From positions 10,912,001 to 10,976,000 of the forward strand of contig NC_073411.1 of NCBI RefSeq assembly GCF_028641065.1: a DNA stretch of 64,000 nt, in the 5' to 3' direction. The position numbers were made by a program, and so were the translations under genes. Positions 1-13,019 of this stretch are shown here, in pieces; the first letter of the stretch is position 1; the number at the start of each line of letters is the position of its first letter. Under the pieces are notes generated by a model that did not search any database, was not told where the DNA came from, and was given only the letters and a program-made list of their open reading frames with translations. Origin of the DNA: Leucoraja erinacea. Taxonomy: Eukaryota.

Positions 1-970
1 GTCCAACCCCTTAAGAATTTTGTAAGTTTCTATAAGATCCCCTCTCAATCTTCTAAATTCTAGAGAGTATAAACCAAGTCTATCCAGTCTTTCTTCATAA
101 GACAGTCCTGACATCGCAGGAATCAGTCTGGTGAACCGTCTCTGCACTCCCTCTATGGCAATAATGTGACCTTTGTCCTTTGGGTGCTGTCTGTGCGGAG
201 TTTGCACGTTCTCCCCGTGACCACGTGGGTTTTCTCCAGGATCTCCCACGTCTCCAAAGATGTACAGGCTTGTATGTTCATTGGAGTGGCATAAATGTGA
301 TTTGTCCCTAGTGTGTGTGTGTGTGTGTGTGTGGAGGATAGCATTAATGCCCGGAGATCACTAATTGATGCGGTCTCGGTGGGCCGAATGGCCTGTTTCC
401 AAGCTGTATCACTAAACTAAAAACTAAAAACTAAACTAATAAGCAGGACTTGACTTGGTAACCAGTAACCCTAGTTTCTGAGATCATTCAGTCTCACCGG
501 GAACTGTATCATCATTGCTGCAAGGTTTTTCCCCTCCCCTAGCAATGACCTAGATGATTATCACACGCACCGACCTAGGGGCAAGGAATCAGCCAGTGTA
601 AACAATATCCACCATGTACGTCAGACATGCTCGGCTATCAATAGCTAGGATTACCACCTAGAATCAAGCAGAGTTGTGAACGCCACTGGAGTGTGTGATT
701 CAGCTTTCTTCAACCCACCACAAAACTATAACCCACTTGCACGGAAGCAAGAATGCTCACCTTCAAAAGTCACGCCTTGACATTTTTCCTTCAAGGCCAA
801 GTCAGCCAGTTCCTAATTAACTAAGTCTAAAGACCTGAAACATCACCTATCCGTTCCCTTTAAAAATATCGTCCGACTAGCATTTTGTGCAAGTAAGATC
901 CTCAGTAAGATGGAGACACAAGACACTGTAGATACTGGAACCAGGTGCAAAAAGCAACTCAGTGGGTCGA

Positions 971-1090
971 GGTGTGTGTGTGGTGCGTGAGTGTGTGTGT
1001 GGTGCGTGTGTGGTGATTGTGTGCGGTGCGTGTGTGTGGTGCGTGGGTGTGCATGTGTGATGATTGTGTGCAGTGCGTGTGCGTGGTGCG

Positions 1091-1121
<31 letters not shown>

Positions 1122-1181
1122 TGTGTGTGTGTGTGTGTGTGGTGCGTGAGTGGGTGTGTGGTGCGTGTGTGGTGATTGTGT
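971..1181. repeat. Compound (TG)n microsatellite running into an assembly gap
   Basis: Direct inspection. Confidence 0.95.
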
Positions 1182-1390
1182 NNNNNNNNNNNNNNNNNNN
1201 NNNNNNNNNNNNNNNNNNNNNNNNNNNNNNNNNNNNNNNNNNNNNNNNNNNNNNNNNNNNNNNNNNNNNNNNNNNNNNNNNNNNNNNNNNNNNNNNNNNN
1301 NNNNNNNNNNNNNNNNNNNNNNNNNNNNNNNNNNNNNNNNNNNNNNNNNNNNNNNNNNNNNNNNNNNNNNNNNNNNNNNNNNNNNNNNNN
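1182..1390. other. Assembly gap (N)
   Basis: Run of N. Confidence 1.
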
Positions 1391-4300
1391 CCATTCTCCT
1401 TCCATGACCATCACCTAGTTTGGTTTAGAGATACAGCATGGACACAGGCCCTTCGGCCCACCATGTCTGTGCCAACCGGTATCTCCACACACAAGCACTA
1501 TCCAACATCCTAGGGGACAATTTACAATTTTACCAAGCCAATGAGCCTACAAATCTGTACGTGTTTGAAGTGCAGGAGGAAACCGGAGCACCCGACAAAA
1601 ACCCACGCAGGTCATGGGGAGAACGTACAAACTCCGTACAGACAGCACCTGCAGTCAGGATTGAACCTGGATCTCTGGCGCTGTAAGGCAGCAACTCTAC
1701 CGCTGTGCCACCATTCTCCTGCCTCGTACTTCTTTGTAGTTTAAATGTCTGCAAACCCTCTACAAGAGATAATTCCTCATCTCAATCACCAATGGAGACC
1801 CCGTCATATTGGACCTTGTACACGACAAACAAAATTGGGTCAGAACCTCTTGGCATTTCGTCAAGAGTCCCGTCTCAGTGACGCCTCCTCTCGTTCTTCC
1901 AACCTCTCGTGAACATGGGCCAATCTTACTCACCCTCTCCAAGGCCATGCTCTCTTCCCCGGAATCAAATCAGTGAATCAGCCAACTAATTGCAAAGGAT
2001 GTATATATCCTTCAGCAGGGCACAAGGTCATGAGAGGAACTTGGAGTTGCAAAGCCTCATTGACTTCTTGGTGTTGGTTCCGGAGACTCCCAAACAGAAT
2101 CGGCCCAAGTGAGAGTCAAGAGCCATTACTCAGTGAGAGGACGTGAATCAAAAGTTGTCAAACAAGGAGCCCGGACTTAAACCAGGAAACCACAACACTC
2201 AGCAATTAATAGCAGGCACACATTTACTTTGCAACCGGCTTCCCTTTCTTACTTCATCTCAATCACTTCCTCTACATTTCCACACGAGAGCTGTTACAGT
2301 TGTTGTGACATTACTGGTCAAGTCAACGGACTGTTGCAAAATCATTTCACAGCAGGTCGGAATGTTTCACGAAGGAACTGTGCAGATGCTGGAAAATGGA
2401 AGGTGGACAAAAATGCTGGAGAAATTCAGCGGGTGAGGCAGCATCTATGGAGCGAAGGAAATAGGCGACGTTTCGGGTCTCGACTATTCCACTGGATATT
2501 AAATCCTGTGGTTGTGAGAGGGGCTATGCAAATGCAACCTTTTGGAACATGAAGACATTGTATGCTGACACAAAAGTCTTTAGCAATTAGAATCTGCACT
2601 GGCCCTGTAAAAGCAAAATCTAACTCAACTCTAGTCAAATCAGCAACATATGCTGCAACTATGGCTGATAAACAAATGTAAGCATTGAAACCCAGTACTG
2701 CTCACTGTCAGAAATAATGGGACCACAGGCATGCTTCGTTCCCACATTACAGATCATTTCACACGCTGAAAATAAAGTAAAAATTGTCTATAACCTGAAC
2801 CAGATTGTGCAAGACGCACTCTCAGTAAATCTACACCAGCAAGCAGGCAATGGGAGACAAACGCATTCTTTTTTTTTAGAAATAATTCACTGATAAACAT
2901 TTGTGTGGTTATTGTTGATAGCAAAGAACGTCAAGGGACTGCTGCCCAGATCTCAAAACGCTGCATTTCCCAGAAATCCCAGTTAACCTTCAGTGGGAAA
3001 AGCAACAAATAAATATTGACAGGAAATCCTCTTTCCCCAGGAACATTTCCGTGTAACCAGATGACCACTAGAATGACCAAAGCATAGAAGGCCTCAAGAT
3101 TAATACAGATAGGGATGTGGTGGTCAGCCTGGATGTGGTGGGTCAAAGAATCTGTGTCGATGATTTTGGGAGTAAAGTTATGTTTCCTTGCAGAACATCC
3201 GTTTATTCAGCAACTCAGTTTCCACATAAAACGTTCCTTAAGGAAGGAGATGAGAAGGAATCTCTTTAGTCAGAGGGTGGTGAATCTGTGGAATTCTTTG
3301 CCACAGAAGGTTGTGGTGGCCAAGTCAATGGATATTGTCAAGGCTAGAGATTCTTGATTAGTACGGGTATCAGGGGTTATGGGGAGAAGGCAGGAGAATG
3401 GGGTTGGTGGGGGGGGAGGGAGAGATAGATCAGCCATGATTGAATGGCGGAGTAGACTTGATGGACCGAATGGCCTAATTCTGCTCTCACATGATCTTAT
3501 GGTTAAAAAAAAGATTAATTTATACAGTCTTCCACAGTCGATGCCATCCCAATGGATGCAGCAATTAGTATGAGTTGCTTTGTTATGGGTAAGAGTGATA
3601 TGCAGGTAGGACATCGCAACATAGGGCAGCACGCTGGCGCAGCAGGTGGATCTGCTGCCTCAGAGTGCCAGAGTCCCGGGAACAATCCCAACTCCTCGTG
3701 CTATCTGTGTGGAGTTTGCACGTTCTCCCTGAACCGCGTGGGTTTCCTCCCACATCCCAAATCCTCGCGGGTTTACAGATTAATGAACCTCTGTAAATTA
3801 TCCCTGGTGTGCAGGGAGTGGATGCATAGATCTTGTGTGAATGGATGCTCGATGGTCGACTGGAGGGCCCGCTTCCATGATGTATCATCCAATCCATCAC
3901 AAAGAACTGTTTTAGAGATGCATTTCAAGGGAAAATAAACAGTGCACCAGGGAAAACTCAAAAACAAAAATCTGTGGAGAGAAATTAAAAAATCACCAAC
4001 CTGAAACATTTGTTTGGCTTCTCTCTCTACTGATGCTCTTTGAATTGCTGAGTATTCCCAGCCTCTGATCGACCACACAATGATCAACCACTTTACGTTA
4101 CTGTACCATTCTACTGTGTTTTTTTTTTAAATTGCTGTTTTTTTCCTTTTTCCATTCCTCGTATGTGTTTTTTTTTTAATTTTTTTTTTTTACCACAATA
4201 TGTAAAATGTAAAAGGATATGTGATTCTGGTCCATTCTGTTGTAGTTTGTTTGTTTTTTGTACAAACTCAGCGAAAAAGAAAATAGGAACAATCGCTCTA

Positions 4301-7300
4301 TTATAACATTAAACTCCGCAGAAAGGGGACTACCAACCAATGAGCCTACAAATCTGTACGTGTTTGAAGTGCGGGAGGAAACCATCTCGTATGTGTATGT
4401 GGCGAATAAACTTGACTTGACTTCACAATGCAACACTGCTGTTCTCATGTTCACTTGAGTTTAGTTTAGAGGTACAGCGCGGAAACAGGCCCTTCGGCCC
4501 ACTGAGTCCGTGCTGACCAGTGATCCCCGCACACTAACACTGTCCTGCACACACTAGGGACAATTTGCAATTTTTACCGAAGCCAATTTGATGCGTTCAG
4601 GTAAATTCTTTTTGGCATGCTGAAACATAGTCTAAGGTTATTTTATCCGAAGAAACATCGCCTCTGCTGCAAGTGTTACATATTTGGACAGCCCATGTCA
4701 ACATTGGAAGAGCAACCACAAAACACGCAGACTGATACAGAGATAGCGGGGAAGGAGATTTAATTAGCCTTGTGGTCCATTTGAACCTCAGCTGCAACTT
4801 ATGTAACACACAGGCCTTCGACAAAAGCCATCTTAACAAGAGTGGAATAAACCAGTTTGGCCACAGATAAACAAGTTAAAAATATACCGAAAAATAATAT
4901 TAAAAAAAATTGTCATTCATTTGACTGCACATTCCATGCCAAGGCTCGTTTTGTCATCGAAAATACTGGCCAAAACACTAACAGATTTATCCACTTTGTT
5001 TTGAGTTACATCCAAGTAAGTGAATATAAATTCCTTTTTAAGTACATGTTGAAAGTTTTACTGAAATGTTTCCCTCTCTCTGTCCTGATGCCCCCTAAAA
5101 CAAACCCTCAGGACTAAACACACAAGGGATAATATTTGACTGTCAAATGGGCTGCACACATCAGTGGACCTTCTTACAATCTCAAGTTACTGCACCTCAT
5201 CAACCCATCCAGTGAAAATTCCACTGTGTCTCGCTAACAAGCAACAAAAGCCTTGCTGAAGCATCAAAACAAGTTAAACTTTGCCAGGCAAGTCTTGACA
5301 GTCAGAGGAACCTTTAAGCGCCACGTTAGTTGAGCGGCCTGTGGAGAATTTCAATTAGTTGTATTATGTACAGAGTACAATCCCCTTCAGCATTGCTGGG
5401 GAGGACTGGCAGCCTGCCAGCTTCAAGCTGACTTAAGCGAGGCGCAAGGACATGCAACGTTTATGCCTGCACGTTGGAATAAAAGTGGGTCCAAAGTACT
5501 TTGAAAATAAGTGCTGGAAGGAGGAGGAATGTTTGGTGAGACGTCTCATTGTAAAACATCCCAAGCCGCTTCTCAGGGCTGCAAACGTCCAAACCGGTTT
5601 CTCGAGGTTAAGAAGCTGAAGCAATAGGCAGTAGAAAGATATTAAATATGATACGATAAAACATTATTTTTCCCAAGAGGGAAATTGAGGGATGTGCAAA
5701 GATTGGGGAGGGAGGGGTGCGGGGGGGAATTCTGTCTCAGTCTACCCCACGACAGAAAGGGTAGGTTGTAAAGTTGTAAATGCTGGAGCAACTCAACAGG
5801 ACAGGCAGCTACTCTGGAGAGAAGGAATGGGTGATGTTTTGGGCAGTGATCCAGATTCAGTCTGAAGAAGGGTCTCGACTCGAAACGTCGCCCATTCCTT
5901 CAGTCCGGAGATGTTGCCCGTCTGGCTGAGTTACTCCGGCATTTTGTGTCGGCCTTCGGTGTAAACCAGCATCTGCAGTTCCTTCCCACACAGGATGTTC
6001 TGACACAGCTTTATCGGACTTGTGTTAGGCAGCATTTGTGAGGACACATTGTGTACAGTTCTGGTCGCCCCATTACAGGGTGGATGTGGAGGCTTTGGAT
6101 AGGGTGTAGAGAAGGTTTAACAGAATGATGCCTGGATTAAGGAGCATTGGCTACAGGGAAAAGTTGGACAAACTTGGAATGTTTTTTCTGGAATGCTGGA
6201 AGTTGTAGGGAGAGCGGACAGAAGTATGCACAAATTATGAGGGTCAAACGTCGGGTAGATGGGCAGAATTTTTTTTCCCAGGATGGAAAACAATCAAATA
6301 CTAGTGGGCATAATTTTTAGGTAAGATGGGGAAAATGTCAAAGGGGATGTGTGGGAGAGTCTTTTTACAGAGGGTTGTGAGTGCCTGGAATAAATTCCAT
6401 GGGTGTTGGTTGAGGCAGATAAACGAGAATGGCATTTAAGAGACAATAGGTGCAGGAGTAGGCCATTCGGCCCTTCGAGCCAGCACTGCCATTCAATGTG
6501 ATCATGGCTGATCATCCCCATTTAAGAAACTTTTGGATAGGCACATGGATAGGTAAGGAATGGAGGGATATGGATTATTTGCATGCAGAAAAAATGTGAT
6601 CTTGGCATCATGTTCGGCACAGACATTGTGGGCCGAAGGATCTGTTGTGCCCTCATCTCTGTTCTATGAGGGACATTCTAAATAACTGAAAATGATTTTA
6701 AATAAGCAGTCTGAAAGAGGGCCTCGACCCGAAACATCACCTATTCCTTCGCTCCATAGATGCTGCCTCACCCGCTGAGTTTCTCCAGCATTTTTGCCGA
6801 CCTTAAATAATCCCTGATGAGTTTCGGAGTAACCTTGGGGGAGTAAGATTAGCTACATTCAAAAGCTTTCAAAACATATTCATTAGTAAATTTGCACCCA
6901 AGTGCTTAATTACTGGAGCCTCACGAACAAGCAATTAATGGATATTCCCAATGGTGATTAATTTATCTTCAGCGCTGGTTTATTTCTAGAGCAACAATGA
7001 ACCAGTGCAAGATATCACGGAAAACTATTTGGCAACATAAACTCCAATTCCAAATTGCACACAAGCAAAGATCATAGGTGAGTAATGAACAGATCCCTGG
7101 AGAATCTCAGTGGGTCAGGCAGCATCTGAGGAGGGAAATGGATGGAGGACAGTTCGGTTCAGGACCCAAAACATGTCTCGAGACACAAGGAACCGCTGAT
7201 GCTGCTGATGCTGGAGTAACTCAGCGGGACAGGCACTCTGGAGAGAAGGAATGGGCGACGTTTTGGGCCGAAGTCTGAAGAAGGGTCTTGACCCGAAACG

Positions 7301-8060
7301 TCACCTATTCCTTCAGTCTGAAGAAGAGTCTCGACCTGAAAAGTCACCTATTCCTTCTCTCCAGAGATACTGCCTGTCCCGCTGAGTTACTCGGGCTTTT
7401 TGTGTCTATCTTCGGTTTAAACCAGCATGTGCAGTTCCTTCCTACACATCTCCATTACAAGACACAGCATAAGAATCTAGGCTGGTGTTTGAGTGGAGGT
7501 TGGGTTTCTGACTGACTCTAAGAAAGAAGACAGGTCATGTTGGCAAGGTACTGTGCAAGCACTTTCATTTTTATGGGACTCAGTGGGGAGTGACTGCTAG
7601 CTGACTGCCTCATTAATGATTCAAAGCCATAAAAACAATCTACCAGGAAGAGGGGAACCATCAGACATAATGGGAAACCACGGGAAAAGCAATCGAAGAA
7701 AGGATATTAATTTTGAAGGTGGGAGCATTTATTCAGTAACAGTAGCCAGTGGTGCAGCAGGTAGAGCTGCTGCCTCACAGTGCTAGAGACCCTGGGTCAA
7801 TGCCGACCGATCTCAGATGCTGCCTTTGTGGAGTTTGCACGTTCTCCTTGCGACCACGTGGGTTTTCGCCGAGTGCTGTCTCCTCACACATTCCAAAGAC
7901 GTGCAAGTTTGCATGTTAAGAGGTCCTCTGTAAATTGGCTCCAGTGTGGAGGGTGTGGATGAGAAGGTGGGATAACATTGAACGAGAGTGATCGGGGGTG
8001 AGTAGTCAGTATGGACCCGACTTGTTTCCTAACACTTTGGCCATATCGCTAACGCTTCTT

Positions 8061-8791
8061 CTTGACTTTAGGAGGGCACATCATCCGAGGACGTACACTC
8101 CATTGAGTATAAATGGGGATCCAGTGGATAGGGTGAACTGTTTTAAATATCTGGGAGTCCACATCTCTGAGGATATGACATGGTCATCACACGCCTCAGC
8201 ACTGGTGAGTAAGGCAAGGCAGCGCCTTTACCACCTCAGGCAACTGAGGAAATTCAGAGTGTCTCCGAGGATCCTCCAGTGCTTCTACGCAGCGGCGGTG
8301 GAAAGCATCTTGTCCGGGAACATTACCATCTGGTTCGGGAATTGCTCTGCCAAGGACAAGAAGGCTCTGCAGAGAGTAGTGCGTTCGGCCGAACGCACTA
8401 TGGGAACTTCACTCACCCCCCTGCAGGAACTATACAACAGGAGGTGCAACTCCAGAGCAAACAAAATCATGAGAGACCTCTTCCACCCCTGCAACGGACT
8501 GTTCCAGCCGCTACGGTCAGGCAAACGCCTCCGTTGCCATGCAGTGAGAACGGAGAGGTTGAGAAGGAGTTTCTTCCCAGAGGCAATTCGGACTGTAAAC
8601 GCCTTTCTCACCAGGGACTAACTGTACAGAACGTTTTTCCTTCTATTATTTATTATGTAAAATAATATGTGTGTTATGATTGTGTTTATAATTTGTTTGG
8701 TTGTTTTGTTGTTCCGCGAGCATTGCCACTTTCATTTCACTGCACATCTTGTATGTGTATGTGACAAATAAACTTGGCTTGACTTGACTTG
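8061..8791 (+). mobile_element. Rex1/Babar-clade LINE, 5'-truncated 3' end
   Basis: RT C-terminus FKYLGVHI..KARQRLYHLRQLRKF..VESILSGNITIWFGN..SFFPEAIR, followed by a 3' UTR and (CTTGA)n tail. Confidence 0.88.
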
Positions 8792-11700
8792 TCGAGTCCC
8801 CACACAAGATTAGAAGTTGTTCACCCAGAGCTGAACACACTTCTTGGCATCTGCACACAATGGTGTCCGGCTTGTCGCTTCTTGTGCGTGGTGGCGGGCA
8901 GATTGGTGGAAACAAGGCCTTGAGGTGAACGATCTTTCCTTGACCCCATCTTTAACACTAAACTGAACTAAATAAGCTGTTTCAAAAACTGTTTCTTGGA
9001 CTTTTAGAACTTGGTGCAGCAGTGATTCTTTCAAGCCTTTTTATTTACAGGGGAAAAGTTTGGCACATTAGTAGGGACATTAGTAATCTGCCACAATGGC
9101 ACAAGAACGTGGCACGGTGGTGCAGCGGTAGTGTTGCTGTCTTACAGCGCCAGAGAACCAGGTCTAATCCCGACTCCGGGTGCTGTCAGTACAGCGTTTG
9201 TTCGTTCTCGCTGTGACCACAGGGGTTTTCACCAGGCGCTCCGGTTTCCTCCCACACTCCACAAAAGACGTACAGATTAGTAGGTTAATCGGCTTTGGTA
9301 AAAATTGTACATTGTCCCTAGTGTGTGTGTAGGATGGACTCAGTGGGCCGAAGGGCCAGTTTCTGCGCTGTATCTCTAAAGTAAACTAAACTCAAAACCT
9401 CATACTGAAGATAGACACAAAATGCTGGAGTAACAGCGGGTCAGGCAGTATCTCTGGAGTGAAGGAATTGGTGACGTTTTGGGTCGAGACCCTTCTTCAG
9501 ACTGCTCATACTGACAACTGTCAAATGCAGTGGGCCTGAACCACACTAACAGAGGTGACCTGATGCAGGAGTGAGCCAGAGAGAGTTGTTTATGAAGGAA
9601 CTGCAGATGCTGGTTTAAACCGAAGATAGACACAAAATGCTGGAGTAACTCAACGGGACAGGTAGTATCTCTGGAGAGAAGGAATGGGTGATGTTTCGGG
9701 ACGAGACTGAGTCAGGGGGAGAGGGAGATACGGAGACAAGGACGTGTCAGGTGTGAAAACAAGACAACAGCTCAAGAAGGAACTGCAGATGCTGGAGAAT
9801 CGAAGGTAGGCAAAATTGCTGGAGAAACTCAGCGGGTGCGGCAGCATCTATGGAGCGAAGGAAATACTCGTATTTCCTTCGCTCCATAGATGCTGCCGCA
9901 CCCGCTGAGTTTCTCCAGCAATTTTGCCTCCCAGCAATTTATCTCTGTTTGTTTTATTGTTACCTTCCCCAAGCCAACAATGATCAGTGCCCGCTTAATA
10001 ACATACAACCTAACTGGTCCTGTATGCCTGAGATCTGAGGAAGGGTCTCGACCCGAAACGTCACCCATTCCTTCTCTCCAGAGATGCTGCCTGTCCCGCT
10101 GAGTTACTCCAGCACCGTGCGTCTATAGCCAGAGAGGGCAACAGCGGAGCTGGGCCAATATAACCGCCAGTTTCACTGGGAATAATGTTTACTCTCACGG
10201 CTTCTTGACCTTGGATCTGTGTTCGTCATTGGCCGGACAAGAAGCCTTAAAAAGGTTTTAGTTCACAGCTCTTCAAAACCAGCGAGCCGTACGCGAGGTG
10301 GAGATTGTTTACCAACAACCCTCAGTGTCATAGAGGAGCAGTGTTTACAGTTAAGAGAAACATAGAAAATAGGTGCAGGAGTAGGCCATTCAGCCCTTCG
10401 AGCCAGCACCGCCATTCAATATGATCATGGCTGATCATCCAACTTAGTATCCTGTACCTGCCGTCTCTCCAAACCCCCTGATCCCTTTAGCCACAAGGGC
10501 CGCATCTAACTCCCTCTTAAATATAGCCAATGAACTGTGGCCTCAACTACCTTCTGTGGCAGGGAATTCCACAGATTCACCACTCTCTGTGTGTGAAAAA
10601 AAAATGTTTTTCTCACCTCGGTCCTAAAAGATTTCCCCCTTATTCTTAAACTGTGTGACCCCTTGTTCTGGACTTCCCCAACATTGGGAACAATCTTCCT
10701 GCATCTAACCTGTCCAACCCCTTAAGAATTTTGTAAGTTTCGATACATGCTTTAGTTAAATCTCAGGTCAAGGGAACTTCACGACTTTACAACACCTGGT
10801 TTGGATTTTTTCGCCTTAATTTCAAGATTCAAGAGAGTTTATTGTCATGTGTCCCTGATAGGACAATTAAATTCTTGCTTTGCTTCAGCACAACAGAACA
10901 TAGTAGGCATGACTACAGAACAGATCAGTGTGTCCATATACCCTTATATAAATATATACACACACACACATGAATAAATAAACTGATAAAGTGCAAATCA
11001 CAGATAATGGTCTATTAATGATCAGAGTTTTGTCCGAGCCGGGTTTAATAACCTGATGGCTGTGGGGAAGTAGCTATTCCTGAACCTGGTCGTTGCAGTC
11101 TTCAGGCTCCTGTACCTTCTACCTGCTAAGTGAGATGATTTTGGAGAAAGCGATCTTTGTCGCTTTCATTTACCTGACAGATTTAACAGTGAGCTTCTAG
11201 GAGATGGGGAGAGCAGTTGGGAGTCCTGGTGTCACATAGGGGTGAAGCATAAATCCAGGCCCTTTCACCCATCAACCATCCAGCACCCATCTACACAAAT
11301 ACTAGATCATGTGGCCATAAGAAATTGGAGCAGTTAGGCCATTCGGCCCGTCGAATCGTCCATTCGATCACGGCTGATCTATCTTTCCCTCCCAACCCCA
11401 TTCTCCTGCCTTCTCCCCGTAACCGTTGGTGACCGTACTAATCAAGAACGTATCAATCTCCGCTTTAAAAACACCCAATGACTTGGCCTCCACAGCCGTC
11501 AGTGGCAATGAACTCCAAACATTCACCGAGAGTCAAGAGCGTTTTATTGCCAAACTTACCGATATGGAACATTAAAATGTCCACTTGCAGCAGCACAACT
11601 GATATGTAAACCGATATATACTCTGCAAGCACCATAATGAACAAAAAATAACTTCAGTATGCCCCCAAGTATATGTAGTTCAGAGCTTATTTGGAGGTCG

Positions 11701-12339
11701 TAATCAAGTCTGAAGAAGGGTGTTGGCTCGAAACGTTGCCTATTTCCTTCGCTCCATAGATGCTGCTGCACCCGCTGAGTTTCTCCAGCACTTTTGTCCA
11801 CCTTGGAGGTTGTGATGCTTACTAACCTGATGGTTCTCTGGCTAAAGACGTCCATTCTAAAGGTACATCCTTTTATTCTGAGACTGTACCCTCTAGTTCT
11901 AGACTCTCCCACTACTGAAAACATCCTCTCCACATCCACTCTATCCAGGCCTTCAGTAGGTTTCAATGAGAACCTCTCCCGCCCCCTCATTCTTCTAAAC
12001 TCTAGCGACCACAGGCCCAGAGCCTTCAAACACTCTTCATACATCAACCCAATCATCCCCAAGATTATTCTTGTAAACCGCCTGAGTATGACATCAATCC
12101 CATTTGTATATAAATACTTCCCCACATTCTTACACACAACCTTCGCCCTCCACCATCACTGCCCAGATTATACAACACACCCACACACTCACGACAATGT
12201 ATCGTGACCAATCATGCTACCGACCCACACGGGTTTTGCGATGTGGCATGGAGCCAGAGGCCCTGGAGGAAGCCCACAGGGTCACAGGGAGAACGTGCAA
12301 ACTCCACATAGACAGCACCTGAGGTCAGTGCAGAACCTT

Positions 12340-13019
12340 GTGAACTGTTTTAAATATCTGGGAGTCCGCATCTCTGAGGATATGACATGGTCATCACACG
12401 CCTCAGCACTGGTGAGTAAGGCAAGGCAACGCCTTTACCACCTCAGGCAATTGAGGAAATTCAGAGTGTCTCCAAGGATCCTACAGTGCTTCTACGCAGC
12501 GGCGGTGGAAAGCATCTTGTCCGGGAACATTACCATCTGGTTCGGGAATTGCTCTGCCAAGGACAAGAAGGCTCTGCAGAGAGTAGTGCGTTCGGCTGAA
12601 CGCACTATGGGAACTTCACTCACCCCCCTGCAGGAACTATACAACAGGAGGTGCAACTCCAGAGCAAACAAAATCATGAGAGACCCCTTCCACCCCTGCA
12701 ACGGACTGTTCCAGCTGCTACGGTCAGGCAAACGCCTCCGTTGCCATGCGGTGAGAACGGAGAGGTTGAGAAGGAGTTTCTTCCCAGAGGCAATTCGGAC
12801 TGTAAACGCCTTTCTCACCAGGGACTAACTATACAGAACGTTTTTCCTTCCATTATTTATTATGTAAAAGAATATGTGTGTTATGATTGTGTTTATAATT
12901 TGTTTGGTTGTTTTGTTGTTTGTCTTTTGCACAAAAGTCCGCGAGCATTGCCACTTTCATTTCACTGCACATCTCGTATGTGTATGTAACAAATAAACTT
13001 GACTTGACTTGACTTGACT
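12340..13019 (+). mobile_element. Second, near-identical Rex1/Babar LINE 3' fragment, nested in an HE1-type SINE
   Basis: Almost the same peptide and UTR as 8061-8791; (CTTGA)n tail; the SINE sequence resumes after the tail. Confidence 0.88.

Noticed and set aside
843-1513. ORFs with long X runs and His/Thr repeats (also 62973-63743)
   Set aside because: They translate assembly gaps and microsatellites.
7998-8621. 207-aa ORF as a host gene (often mislabelled ALKBH8-like/DUF1891)
   Set aside because: It is the 3' end of a multi-copy Rex1-type LINE with a tandem-repeat tail.
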